A stretch of 64,000 bases of DNA, taken from assembly GCA_964552635.1 (NCBI GenBank), contig CAZKHB010000015.1, positions 15,619 through 79,618 on the forward strand, read 5' to 3'. Positions within the stretch are counted from its first letter, which is position 1, and each line of letters opens with the position of its first letter. Source of the DNA: an uncultured Chthoniobacterales bacterium (GTDB lineage Bacteria; Verrucomicrobiota; Verrucomicrobiia; Chthoniobacterales; Terrimicrobiaceae). Shown here in pieces: positions 40,802 to 50,742 of the stretch. Below the pieces are notes generated by a model, which was given only the letters and a program-made list of their open reading frames with translations, made no database searches and was not told the DNA's origin. The position numbers and the translations under genes were made by a program.

Positions 40802-41350
40802 CTATTCGTCCGAGGTGAGTTCCCTGTAGAGCCAGACCTTCGCAAGCGTCCAGTGCCGCCGAACAGTCTTCTCATTGACGCTGAGAAGGGCGGCGATTTC
40901 GTTGTGTTCCATCCCACTGAAAAAACGCAACTTCACGATCTGGGCTTTCTGGGGATCCTCGGCCTCCAATCGATCTAGGGCTTCATGAACAGCGAGCAAT
41001 CGCTCGTCCGTTGCCGCCGAACCCACCTCGATGCCCTCCAGTGGCAATACATCAACCCCTGCCCCTCGCTTGACTGCAAGCCGCCTGCGTGCAGCCTCCA
41101 CGAGGATTCGCCGCATCGCCTCTGCTGCAGCAGCAAAAAACTGGGCGCGATCGCGCCAGCGATCCGGAGAACTCTTCTCCAAACGAAGCCAGACCTCGTG
41201 CACTAGGGCAGTCGTGTTCAGAGTGAGCTGGGCTTTTTCATGCACAAGCCGACCATGAGCCATCTGCTTGAGCTCCCTGTAGAGCCGCGTGATCAAATCC
41301 TCGCCCGGGATCTGGGTGAAATTGTCGAATCTTTCCGGTACGCCTTCCAT
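40802..41350 (-). CDS. ECF-type RNA polymerase sigma factor (STK-associated subgroup)
   Basis: 182 aa; sigma-2 region LVHEKAQLTLNTTALVHEVWLRL and sigma-4 region IVKLRFFSGMEHNEIAALLSVNEKTVRRHWTLAKVWL. Confidence 0.75.
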   Translation of the reverse strand: MEGVPERFDNFTQIPGEDLITRLYRELKQMAHGRLVHEKAQLTLNTTALVHEVWLRLEKSSPDRWRDRAQFFAAAAEAMRRILVEAARRRLAVKRGAGVDVLPLEGIEVGSAATDERLLAVHEALDRLEAEDPQKAQIVKLRFFSGMEHNEIAALLSVNEKTVRRHWTLAKVWLYRELTSDE

Positions 41351-41523
41351 GGACAATTGGCTCTCCGGGTTGCTTAGCCGAACACCCGTCCTCTGGATAT
41401 CGAAAACTGGAGAGCCTCTTCGGATGGGTGGCCCTGTGGCGCGGTGTTGAATCCCCACCCCGAATGCCAACGCGGGCGTCATTTCCCCTTGCGCGACGGG
41501 GGGTTTGGGGTTCCATTCGCGGC

Positions 41524-42178
41524 CATGTCGCACACGATTCCCGCTTCGCAGCTTTTGGAAGGTCTCCGCTGGCGCTATGCCACCAAACAATTCGATGCCT
41601 CGAAGAAGATCCCGCAGGAGACGTGGGAGGCGCTTGAAGAGGCGCTGGTGCTCTCGCCCTCGTCGTATGGTCTTCAACCGTGGCAGTTTTTTGTGGTGAC
41701 GGATCCGGCGACGAAGGCGGCACTGCGCGAGCATTCGTGGAACCAGGCGCAGGTGACGGATTGCTCGCACCATGTGGTGTTCGCAATCCGGACGAATATC
41801 GACGAGGCCTACGTCGATCGGTTCATCGCCCGGATGGTCGAGGTGCGAGGCGGCACGGCCGCTGCGCTCGATTTTTACAAGGGGATGATGATGGGCGATG
41901 TGATCAACGGCCCACGCTCGAAATGGGTGGAGGAGTGGGCTGCCCGACAGGTCTATATCGCGCTCGGGAATTTCATGACCTGCGCGGCCGTGCTCGGCGT
42001 CGACACGTGTCCGATGGAGGGGATGGACCCCACAAAATACGACGAGATCCTCGGCCTGCCGGAAAAAGGGTTCCGCGCCGTGGTGGCGTGTCCGGCAGGT
42101 TACCGTCATGCGGACGACAAGTATGCGGTGCTGCCCAAGGTGCGCTTTGAGAAATCCGAACTCATTCAACACATATGA
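41524..42178 (+). CDS. NAD(P)H nitroreductase family protein
   Basis: LRWRYATKQFD...SSYGLQPWQFFVV...HHVVFAI...TCPMEGMD. Confidence 0.7.
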
Positions 42179-43077
42179 ACGCCCTCAGCCGCACACTGGT
42201 TCCAATCCTGATCCTTCTCATCGCGGGTTTTGTTCTGCTTGGGAGCATGACGGTGGTCATCGAGAGCGGACACGTCGGTGTCGTGCGTTCGCTCGGGGCG
42301 GTTCAACCCGAGGCGCTGCCCGAGGGCCTGCACTTCAAGCGCCCGTTCATCGATCAAGTCGAGCAGATGGACATCCGGCTCACCGCGAGCCACGCGAAGG
42401 CCTCCGCTGCGTCGCGGGACTTGCAGACGGTGAGCACGGAGGTCACGACGCAGTATTCGCTCAACGGATCGCTCGCACCCCTGACGTATCAACGCATCGG
42501 GAATCTCGGGAAAGTCTCGGCCTCGCTCGTCGAGCCCGGCATTCAGGAATGCGTGAAAGCGGTGACGGCAAAGTTCACCGCCGAGGAGCTCGTCACCAAG
42601 CGCGAGTTGGTCAAGGCACAGATCCAGGAAGCTCTCGAGGGATTTCTTAACCACACGCTGAAGGAGAAAGGCGTCGACGGGGCGATCACGATCGCCAACG
42701 TCGCGATCACGGACTTTGATTTCTCCGACGATTTCAACCGCGCCATCGAAGCGAAGGTGAAAGCCGAACAACAGGCTCTTCAGGCAAAGAACGAGAAACT
42801 CATGCGCGTGACTCAGGCGGAGGCCAGTGCGGCCGAGCGCCAACTCGCTGCGGATGCAGAGGCGTACTCGACCGAGGTGCAGTCGAAGGCGCGGGCGGAT
42901 GCCATCCGGCGCGAGGCCGAGGCACTGCAGGCCAGTCCGGAGCTCATCCAACTCCGTGCCGTCGAGAAATGGGACGGCGTCCTTCCGCGCATTGGCGGGG
43001 GCTCGAATGTCGTGCCATTCATGAACATCGATCCGCTGGCGGCGCCGGCGCGGCGCACGCCGAAAGACGAACGCTGA
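42175..43077 (+). CDS. SPFH/band-7 (prohibitin-like) domain membrane protein
   Basis: N-terminal TM; VVIESGHVGVVRSLGAVQPEALPEGLHFKRPFIDQV; C-terminal coiled coil; 4-nt overlap with the upstream gene. Confidence 0.7.
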   Translation: MNALSRTLVPILILLIAGFVLLGSMTVVIESGHVGVVRSLGAVQPEALPEGLHFKRPFIDQVEQMDIRLTASHAKASAASRDLQTVSTEVTTQYSLNGSLAPLTYQRIGNLGKVSASLVEPGIQECVKAVTAKFTAEELVTKRELVKAQIQEALEGFLNHTLKEKGVDGAITIANVAITDFDFSDDFNRAIEAKVKAEQQALQAKNEKLMRVTQAEASAAERQLAADAEAYSTEVQSKARADAIRREAEALQASPELIQLRAVEKWDGVLPRIGGGSNVVPFMNIDPLAAPARRTPKDER

Positions 43078-43080
43078 GGC

Positions 43081-43962
43081 TCAACTCTCGCGGCGGAGCA
43101 TTTTCTCCGCCAGGGCGCGGAGGAAAGCTCCACGCGCCCCGAAGGGCTCAAGGGCACGAAGGGCGGACCGCGTGAGGCGTGCGGCCTCTTTGCGTGAGGC
43201 GTCCAGGCCCATCACGGAAGGATATGTCGTCTTGCCGGAAGCGACGTCCTTTCCGGCACTCTTGCCGAGCTTTTCACTCGTCTGCGTGACATCGAGAATG
43301 TCGTCAACGACTTGAAAAGCGAGGCCGAGGTTTTCTCCGAAGTCGGACAACGCCTGAAGTTCGCGCGGCGTGGCATTCGCGCTCATCGCGCCGAGCCGGA
43401 GGCTGGCGACGATCATCGCAGCCGTCTTCCCGCGGTGAATAAAGCGGAGTTCGGCCGGAGTGGAGCGTTTGTTCTCCGCCTCGAGATCCGCGACTTGGCC
43501 GCCCACAAGGAACCGGCTCCCTGCGGCGCGGGCGAGTTCGGCGACGCCATCGGCCGCATCGTAACGTGCGGTGGGCTTTGCGGATGCCAGCAACGCAAAG
43601 GCGAAGGTGAGGAGGGCGTCGCCGGCCAGCACCGCGACTCCCTCGCCGAAGACCTTGTGCGACGTGGGCCGCCCGCGACGGAGGTCGTCGTCGTCCATGC
43701 AGGGAAGATCGTCGTGGACGAGCGAGTAGGTATGAATGCACTCGACCGCGCAGGCGGCGGGCAGAGCCCGGGCGACCGTGCCGCGGCACGCCTCCGCGGC
43801 TGCAAGGCAGAGGGCGGGCCGCAGGCGCTTGCCTCCCGCAAAGATGCTGTAGCGCATCGCGCGGTGCAGCGTCACGGGCCGATCGGATTCCGAGGGAAGC
43901 CACGCGTCGAGCGCGCGGTCCACGCGGCGTGTGTACGAGGAGATTTGCTTGTCGGGATGCAT
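43081..43962 (-). CDS. polyprenyl (farnesyl/geranylgeranyl) diphosphate synthase
   Basis: First DDxxD LVHDDLPCMDDDDLRRG and second FQVVDDILD motif. Confidence 0.75.
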   Translation of the reverse strand: MHPDKQISSYTRRVDRALDAWLPSESDRPVTLHRAMRYSIFAGGKRLRPALCLAAAEACRGTVARALPAACAVECIHTYSLVHDDLPCMDDDDLRRGRPTSHKVFGEGVAVLAGDALLTFAFALLASAKPTARYDAADGVAELARAAGSRFLVGGQVADLEAENKRSTPAELRFIHRGKTAAMIVASLRLGAMSANATPRELQALSDFGENLGLAFQVVDDILDVTQTSEKLGKSAGKDVASGKTTYPSVMGLDASRKEAARLTRSALRALEPFGARGAFLRALAEKMLRRES

Positions 43963-44025
43963 GGCTGCAGACGCCGACCCTACACCGCACGGGCGGCGTC
44001 GGGCGACGGAAAACCGGAAGCCATG

Positions 44026-45104
44026 CTAGGCCGCCACGCGGCGTCCCATGCCCTCTGTCACCGCGGGCAGGATGTCGTCCAAGCGGTCGACCACCGTGAA
44101 GGCTTCATGCACATCCATCACTCCCATGAGCTCGATGAGCGGAGTCCAGAACCGCTTTCCGCCGGCATCGAGGCGGTCGAAGACGATCACGGGCTTGCCG
44201 TTCATGATCGGGTGGTGCTGGTGCTTGAGGATGAGGAGCGCAAGGAACTCCTGCACCGTCCCGGCACCTCCGGGAAAAATGACAAAGGCGTCCGAGCGCT
44301 CAATCATTACCTCCATGCGGGTGTAAATGTCGGGCCGCAGCCAGAAGCTGGCCAACCCGTCGGGCAGGCCTTCGAGCTCGATAATATGCGGGACATTCGA
44401 TCCCCCGGTCCATCCCCCTGCTCCGACAGCGCCTGCGACGACGGCTCCCATGATGCCGGAATTGCCCGCACCGGAGACGCATCCGTAGCGATTCTCCGCC
44501 AACGCCGCACCGAGCGCGCGACCATCATCGAGGTAGGCGGGATCGGTGATGCTCGCCGAGCAGAAGACACACACATTCCCGCGAAGCTTCGCGGCGGGCG
44601 GCACATCGAAGGACTCGACCTTGGACGGCGTCGCATGCGCATGGTGTTCGCCAACCCTCGCATCGGGCAGCCCGGTGGCGCGCACCTTCTCCAGCAGAGA
44701 GACAACGCCCTCGGGTCCTCCAGCCAGCAGAAGATACTCCCGGTAATCCTGACGGATTGTTCCCAACTCCTGCAGGTGCTCGAGCAAACGGAAAAACGGA
44801 GTCCAGGAATCGTCGGAATTCACGATCACCGTCGCCTTGCCGGCGAGGTTCTTGTCGAGGGTCTGGTAGCCGACAAAGATCGAAACGGCCTTGAAGAGGT
44901 CCTCGAGGGTGGCACCGGGCGCGAAGACGAACGCGTCGGACTCCACGATTTTCTTTTCGATGTTCGAGAGTGTGATGCGCTGGTCGCCGTTGGAGTTGTA
45001 GAGATCCCAACCGCCGGCGAAAAGATGATAGAGGAGAGTGGCGCGTGAGGCGCGGTTCGGGTCGTCGGCACCGCGCACAGTGCCCGAGATACGTGCAATA
45101 GGCA
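44026..45104 (-). CDS. tandem LOG-family (nucleotide 5'-monophosphate nucleosidase-like) protein; N-terminal copy degenerate
   Basis: C-terminal half GCVSGAGNSGIMGAV...SDAFVIFPGGAGTVQEFL (LOG GGGxGxM and PGGxGTxxE). N-terminal half parallels it (SDAFVFAPGATLEDLF) but lacks the catalytic motifs. Confidence 0.55.
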
Positions 45105-45223
45105 TTATGTTGTTTTTTCTGTCCGGTCCCTTAGCCCTGCCGGGTGAGATGCGCAAGCAGGCTCTGTGCCGTCCGTCGCAGGTTTTGGGTTTTCACCGCG
45201 CGTGAATCCGCTAGGGATCGGGG

Positions 45224-46159
45224 ATGCGCAAGGTGCTTCTCATCGCCGCGGTTGTCGTTTCGCTCCCTTCAGCCGCCCGCGCGTGGGACCCGCTCGGGCA
45301 CATGCTCACGATGCGCCTCGCGCAGGACCAACTCACGCCGGAAACACGCAAAGCCGTCGAGGAATCGATCGCACGCTTCAACGCAGCGGAGAATCCCGAC
45401 GCCCCGTACGACCTCATCACAGCGGCGTGTTGGATGGATGACGCGCGGGCCCGGACGAAGGAATTCAACGAATGGCACTATGTGAATCTGCCGTTCACGC
45501 CGGACGGGCTTCCGCTTCCTGACGGATCCGCCGCGGCACCGCATGTGATCTGGGGCATCGACCACTGCACGGATGTGATCGCCGGTCGCGTCGAGGATCC
45601 GACTCTCACGAAAGACCAAGCCCTCATGATTCTCCTGCACCTCGCGGGCGATGTGCACCAACCCCTTCACACAACGAGCCGCGACGATCTCGGTGGAAAC
45701 CGGACGCCCGTCGCGAACCTCGACGATGCGCAAGTCGATCTCCTCTTCTCGCGCGGCGGAAATCTTCATTTTTACTGGGACAGCGCCTATCGCCGCATGT
45801 TCTCGAACGCGAAGGCCGGGGTGGAAGCCGCCGCGCCGATCTATCCCCGCCAGACCCCCGTGCGCGGCCACCTCGCCGCCCGGCCCGTTGTGGACAAGTT
45901 GGCGGCGGGCATTGCGGCGGATTTTCCCGAGGCCAAGAACGAGAATGGCGGCGGCGCAACAGATTGGGCCCTCGAGAGCCACGCCCTCGGCTACGCGATG
46001 GCCTACGGACACCTCCCCGCGGCGACCGGTCCCGCAGGGGTGGAACTCGATGCGGAATACGTCTCCACCTCGCGGGCGATCGCCCGGCTCCAACTCGCCC
46101 GCGCCGGTGCCCGCATTGCCGTCTTGTTGAACGCCCTCTACGGTCCCGCCACGAATTGA
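45224..46159 (+). CDS. S1/P1 nuclease family protein (secreted)
   Basis: Signal peptide then WDPLGHMLTMRLA...LHLAGDVHQPLH is the S1/P1 zinc-ligand pattern. Confidence 0.65.
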   Translation: MRKVLLIAAVVVSLPSAARAWDPLGHMLTMRLAQDQLTPETRKAVEESIARFNAAENPDAPYDLITAACWMDDARARTKEFNEWHYVNLPFTPDGLPLPDGSAAAPHVIWGIDHCTDVIAGRVEDPTLTKDQALMILLHLAGDVHQPLHTTSRDDLGGNRTPVANLDDAQVDLLFSRGGNLHFYWDSAYRRMFSNAKAGVEAAAPIYPRQTPVRGHLAARPVVDKLAAGIAADFPEAKNENGGGATDWALESHALGYAMAYGHLPAATGPAGVELDAEYVSTSRAIARLQLARAGARIAVLLNALYGPATN

Positions 46160-46205
46160 TCCGCCGCTGGCCGTTCTGGAAAAGGGCGCAACAATCAGGC
46201 TCGCC

Positions 46206-47309
46206 ATGGGTCAGGATTGCCTCCATGCTTTCCCCGTGACCGACAAGATTCCTCCCCGGGAAAAGAAACAGACAACCATTTATTCCCTCGCTCAGGAGTT
46301 CGGGGTGAGTCCGGGAACAGTGAGTCGCGCGCTCAGGAACCGTCCGGAGATCAGCGCCGAAACGCGTCGCATCATCAGGCAACGTGCGAGCGAGATCGGT
46401 TTCAAACTTCGGAACTTCGAGACGCGCGTTACGAACATCTGCGTCGTCGTCGAGACGCGCCCCGGCCAGCAGAGCCTCTTCTCGACGTTCATCGACTCTG
46501 TCCTCGACGGCGTGTGGAAATACTGTGGCGAAAAGGGACTGGAGTTGTCGCTCTATGGTGAGGAGGAGGAACGCCTGAGCACCTGCGACCTTGTGCGCGT
46601 GCTGGGCCGCCGTGGGGTGAACGGCGCGGTTTTCCTGAACGCCTCGACAACGAGTCGGTACTTCCGCGCTTTGAACGACCAGAATTTTCCCTACTGCTGC
46701 GTCATGAACGCGCCCTCGGAAGCGCGCGATTGGACGATCACCTCCGACGGCGAGAATCTGGCTTTCAAGGCCACTGAGCACCTCCTGCACCTTGGCCACC
46801 GCCGCATCGCCTATCTCGACAGCCTCGTGGGTTGGCAGATCGGTGAGGCGCGAAAGCGTGGCTACGAACGCGCCCTGCAGAAAGCAGGCATCACCCCGGA
46901 ACGCGAGTGGGTTGTCTCCTCAAGGGACTCGGGAGTCGGTGCCCTGGACGATTTCGAGTTCGCCTCGCAAGCCGTGCGCACGCTCACCCAGCGCTCCGTG
47001 CCCCCCACGGCTTTCCTCACCATGAGCGACGAAGCGGGCGTGGCCGCCCTGCACGAACTCCGCGCCCGTGGCTGGGATGTGCCCGCGCGGGCCTCCGTGA
47101 TTTCCTTCGACGAGTCCCGGCTCTGTTCGTTCGTTTCTCCTCCGCTCACTGTTGTGAGCGTCCCCTACGAGCGCCTTGGCCGCGAGGCGGCGGCCATCGT
47201 TCACCGTCGGTTGGATGAAAACATCAGCCGTCACATCGGCAACCCGCTCCTTGTGAGTGGAGACCTCATCGTGCGCGGCAGCACCGGCCCGGTGCCAACA
47301 CAGGCCTGA
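46206..47309 (+). CDS. LacI-family transcriptional regulator
   Basis: HTH TIYSLAQEFGVSPGTVSRALRNRPEISAETRRIIRQRASEIGF followed by a periplasmic-binding-like sugar domain. Confidence 0.75.
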   Translation: MGQDCLHAFPVTDKIPPREKKQTTIYSLAQEFGVSPGTVSRALRNRPEISAETRRIIRQRASEIGFKLRNFETRVTNICVVVETRPGQQSLFSTFIDSVLDGVWKYCGEKGLELSLYGEEEERLSTCDLVRVLGRRGVNGAVFLNASTTSRYFRALNDQNFPYCCVMNAPSEARDWTITSDGENLAFKATEHLLHLGHRRIAYLDSLVGWQIGEARKRGYERALQKAGITPEREWVVSSRDSGVGALDDFEFASQAVRTLTQRSVPPTAFLTMSDEAGVAALHELRARGWDVPARASVISFDESRLCSFVSPPLTVVSVPYERLGREAAAIVHRRLDENISRHIGNPLLVSGDLIVRGSTGPVPTQA

Positions 47310-47312
47310 GCC

Positions 47313-48353
47313 TCAGGGCTGCCCGGGCAGGCAGGGTCCGTCAGCCAAGCAGCGCTCGACGAGTGCTGATTTCGACGCCTTCGCGAGGCAAATCGAACTG
47401 TCTGCCGCGCCGTAGTAAACCCAGAGTTCGTCTTCCGACTCACCGGAAACGGCCGCCGTGGGGAAGACCACCTGCGGGACGTTGCCCCGGAATTCGTAGT
47501 CTTCTTCCGGCCACATCAGGCAGGCCCGCATTTTTCCAATGACCTTGGAGGGATCCTGCAGGTCCAGGAGCATCACACCGGCGTTGTACATGATGCCATT
47601 CATGTGCTCACGGCAGCCGTGGTAGAGGCAGAGCCAGCCCTTGTCAGTCTTCACCGGCGGTGCCCCGGGCCCGATTTTCAGGCTCTCCCAGTAGCGGGTG
47701 CCTTTTTGGAGAACCAGCTGGGTGCGCCCCCAGAAAATGAGGTCGGGCGAGTAGGAAAGATAGATGTCCCCGCCAGTGGAGCCTTCCCCGTTCGGCCGCT
47801 CCAGCCGCGCGTAGAGCCCGTTGAACTTTTCAGGGAAAATCACGCAATTCCTGTGGTCAATCGATGTGATGAAGCCGAGGTCTTCGAACTCCTCAAAGTC
47901 CTGCGTGCGAATGAGACGTATGCGCCCGCCCAACCCGGAAGACACATTGTAGGTGATGTAATGCCAGCCATCGAGGGTCGTGATCCGCGTGTCGAAGATC
48001 CCTTCCCGCCGTCCTTTATAAGGATACTCGTCCGGTGGCGTTGCGATGGTTTTGGAGCCGATGGAGAAGTGCACCCCGTCCCGTGTGCGGGCCACAAGAA
48101 AGTGAGGAACCCACTCGGAATCCCAGCAATTCAGGATCATCACGATCTCGTCCCCGACCCGAACCGCCCCACTGTTGAAGCAACATTCCGCATCAAAGGG
48201 TAAGTCCGCAGCCGATATGATTGGGTTATCCAAGCTCCGCTCAAGCAGGGGAGAGGACTTTTCAGATGGAATGTTCCATGAACTATCAACCGCAAGGGGA
48301 ACCGCTGAAGCCTTCATTTGCACGATATTCGGATCATCTCTCGCAGCCGTCAA
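47313..48353 (-). CDS. glycoside hydrolase family 130 (beta-mannoside phosphorylase-like)
   Basis: FNSGAVRVGDEIVMILNC..., WHYITYN..., GWLCLYHG..., VYYGAADSSICLA are GH130 5-bladed propeller signatures. Confidence 0.65.
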   Translation of the reverse strand: MTAARDDPNIVQMKASAVPLAVDSSWNIPSEKSSPLLERSLDNPIISAADLPFDAECCFNSGAVRVGDEIVMILNCWDSEWVPHFLVARTRDGVHFSIGSKTIATPPDEYPYKGRREGIFDTRITTLDGWHYITYNVSSGLGGRIRLIRTQDFEEFEDLGFITSIDHRNCVIFPEKFNGLYARLERPNGEGSTGGDIYLSYSPDLIFWGRTQLVLQKGTRYWESLKIGPGAPPVKTDKGWLCLYHGCREHMNGIMYNAGVMLLDLQDPSKVIGKMRACLMWPEEDYEFRGNVPQVVFPTAAVSGESEDELWVYYGAADSSICLAKASKSALVERCLADGPCLPGQP

Positions 48354-48464
48354 ACTTTTTGTTGTGCTGTGTTACGTTCTCTGCGTTTTTGACGCATTTT
48401 TCGGATCGCTAGCAATCACCGTTGACACACTTCATTTATTGCTTTTTGTTACGTGGCGTCCCCC
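48354..48464. promoter_or_regulatory. divergent promoter region of GH130 and GH5 with duplicated TGTTACGT motif (candidate LacI operator half-sites)
   Basis: TGTTACGT at 48370-48377 and 48447-48454; TTGACA at 48421-48426. Seen in sequence only. Confidence 0.25.
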
Positions 48465-49664
48465 ATGACTCAGACTTCCGATTTCTCGATCCGGCACGTA
48501 TTTCGTCTCGCGATAGGCCTCGCGTGTGCGTTTGCTGCGACAAACTGTGCGCCAAAACCGCTGCCGCCCCCGGGGTTGCAGGTCAAAGACGGGAGGTTTT
48601 TCCTCGGGGGGGAGCCTTATCGGGGGGTGGGTGTGAACTACTACGATCTCTTCACCCGCCTGGCGGCGAAGCCGACGGACGAATCGTCTCTTGAGGGTTT
48701 ACGGAGATTGTCGCAGGCCGGCATTCCCTTTGTGCGGTTCAATGCGGGAGCTTTCCAACCCAAAGAGTGGCAGCGGTATCTGGACAACAAGGAGGCGCAT
48801 TTCGCCGCGATGGACCGCGTGGTGCGCGCCGCGGAGGAGGCAGGGATCGGGTTGATCCCTGCACTGTTTTGGACATCGAACCTCGACAAGGTGGCGGGCG
48901 AACGCGGGGAGGCTTGGGGGGACCCGAAGAGCCGGACGATGGAGTTGATGCGCAACTACACAACAGAGGTCGTGACCCGCTATAAGGACTCTCCGGCGAT
49001 CTGGGCGTGGGAATTCGGAAACGAATGGAACCTGCACGCCGACCTCCCGAATGCCGCCGACTTCCGCAAGGAGGGGGAGGATGAACGGGACGACCTGAAG
49101 TCGCACCATCTTGTCACTCTCCTCAATGAGTTTGCGAAGGCGGTCCGCGCGGTGGACGGCACGCGTCCGCTCATGACAGGGCATTCGCATCCCCGTGCTT
49201 CGGCTTGGCACAACACGCACGAGAACAGCTGGAAGCCCGATTCTCCGGAGCAGTGGCGAGAGATCATCCTCCGCGACAACCCGCCCGCCTACGACACGAT
49301 CGGCATCCACATTTACGCGGACACCGAGGCGAATGAAGCCTGCGGGAAGTGGACGACGGGATGGCTGGATTACCTCGGGCGGCTGCGGGCGTTGGCGGAT
49401 GAGAAGAAGATCCCGGTCTTCATCGGAGAGTTCGGATTGGCGGAAGGCGGGAAACGCTCACCCGGGGAGGTCAAGGTGCGGTTCCGCGAGATTCTGGATG
49501 CCATGACGGCCACGCACGTCGATCTGGCGGCGGTGTGGGTATTTGATCTCGCGAACCAGAGCAAAACATGGAACATCACCTTCACGAACGAGCGGGCCTA
49601 CATGCTGGACGACGTGATCGCTGCGAACCGCGCGTGGAAGGCTGCGGCCTCTCACTCCCGATGA
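48453..49664 (+). CDS. glycoside hydrolase family 5 lipoprotein (mannanase/cellulase-like)
   Basis: Lipobox LACAFAATNCAP; IWAWEFGNEWNL (acid/base) and VFIGEFGL (nucleophile). Likely ATG start at 48465. Confidence 0.7.
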   Translation: MASPMTQTSDFSIRHVFRLAIGLACAFAATNCAPKPLPPPGLQVKDGRFFLGGEPYRGVGVNYYDLFTRLAAKPTDESSLEGLRRLSQAGIPFVRFNAGAFQPKEWQRYLDNKEAHFAAMDRVVRAAEEAGIGLIPALFWTSNLDKVAGERGEAWGDPKSRTMELMRNYTTEVVTRYKDSPAIWAWEFGNEWNLHADLPNAADFRKEGEDERDDLKSHHLVTLLNEFAKAVRAVDGTRPLMTGHSHPRASAWHNTHENSWKPDSPEQWREIILRDNPPAYDTIGIHIYADTEANEACGKWTTGWLDYLGRLRALADEKKIPVFIGEFGLAEGGKRSPGEVKVRFREILDAMTATHVDLAAVWVFDLANQSKTWNITFTNERAYMLDDVIAANRAWKAAASHSR

Positions 49665-50449
49665 ACTCCCCCGTTTCCTACCGCCGCGACGGCGGCTTCA
49701 CATTGATCGAGATGCTGATTTCCGTCGCCATCATCGCCGTGCTCGCCGCACTGCTCATCCCCGCCATCAACGGGGTGCGCGACCGGGCGGCCCAATCGAA
49801 ATGCATCAGCAACCTGCGCTCCCTCGCGACGGGCGTGCTGGCGTATGCCGGCGACAACGACGGAGAACTGCCGCAGGAATACAACAACGTCGCGCCGAAG
49901 GGGGGGTCGGGCAGGAACCGATGGAACCTTCAGATCGCACCCTACGTCGGCTACGACACCATGCAAAGCGCCTCAGGCACCGCGGTCGAATCGGCTCGCC
50001 GTTTCCCGACCATGTTTTGTCCGTCTTGCTCGGCGTCGTGGCGGGGAAAGAGTTGGTTCCTCTCGGACTATGCCCCCAACGGGAGGATCATTACGAACGC
50101 GGGAACGGGGATGGCTCCGCTACGACTGGCTTCGATCATGAATCCCTCCCAGAAGGTCCTTCTCGTGGAAAACGGTTCGCTGGCGAATCCTCTCAACAGC
50201 GGCAGCGGGGAGTTCTTCGTGAACAGTCTCATACTCACCGGGGGCTATTCGGTGCCGACCACGGCCCAAGCCACGCGGGCATCGGACTTTGGCTTCCGTC
50301 ACCCTCCCGTGCGAAACGGGAGTCTGGCGAACTCGGTTTGTCACGTCGCCTTTGCCGATGGCCGTGTGGAAGGCATCAAGCCGAGTGATGAACGGCTGTC
50401 TACCCTGGCAAGGCGCCTCCTTCTACTGGATCCAACGACGACCCCGTGA
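49661..50449 (+). CDS. prepilin-type N-terminal cleavage/methylation domain protein, H-X9-DG (DUF1559-like) family
   Basis: GFTLIEMLISVAIIAVLAALLIPAING prepilin N-terminus; C-terminal SVCHVAFADGRVEG; ATGA overlap with the GH5 stop. Confidence 0.7.
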   Translation: MNSPVSYRRDGGFTLIEMLISVAIIAVLAALLIPAINGVRDRAAQSKCISNLRSLATGVLAYAGDNDGELPQEYNNVAPKGGSGRNRWNLQIAPYVGYDTMQSASGTAVESARRFPTMFCPSCSASWRGKSWFLSDYAPNGRIITNAGTGMAPLRLASIMNPSQKVLLVENGSLANPLNSGSGEFFVNSLILTGGYSVPTTAQATRASDFGFRHPPVRNGSLANSVCHVAFADGRVEGIKPSDERLSTLARRLLLLDPTTTP

Positions 50450-50475
50450 GCCAACACTCGGCTGCTCTTTGGCCG

Positions 50476-50742
50476 ATGAGATTCCACGCGACGACAATTG
50501 TTCTTGCCGAAAGGAACGCTCCGAGTGCGCAGCAGATGCCCCTTCTGGCTCGGCCGGACTACGGGGGGGCACTCGGAACCGAAGACAAGGATGTTCCACA
50601 GTTCACTGTCTCTCTGCCTGCTGAGGGCAAAGCCGCAGGTTCCTGCACGGTTGTGCTGCCGGGCGGCGGCTATGGATCCCCAACTCCTCTATGGGACACC
50701 GGGCTTCTGCGCCGGTTGAAAGATTGCGACTTTCTACCGTGA
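50476..50742 (+). pseudogene. probable 5' fragment of an alpha/beta-hydrolase (esterase) gene
   Basis: ...PQFTVSLPAEGKAAGSCTVVLPGGGYGSPTPLW resembles an esterase N-terminus up to the oxyanion-hole motif, then terminates after about 90 codons. The next ORF is in another frame. Confidence 0.3.

Noticed and set aside
40720-40917. Longer N-terminus for the kinase (track start at 40917 overlapping the sigma gene)
   Set aside because: The upstream extension overlaps the sigma-factor 3' end and is low-complexity (RRLFGGTGRLRRSGSTGNS). The ATG at 40719 gives a conventional STK N-terminus. The longer start cannot be excluded without homolog alignment.
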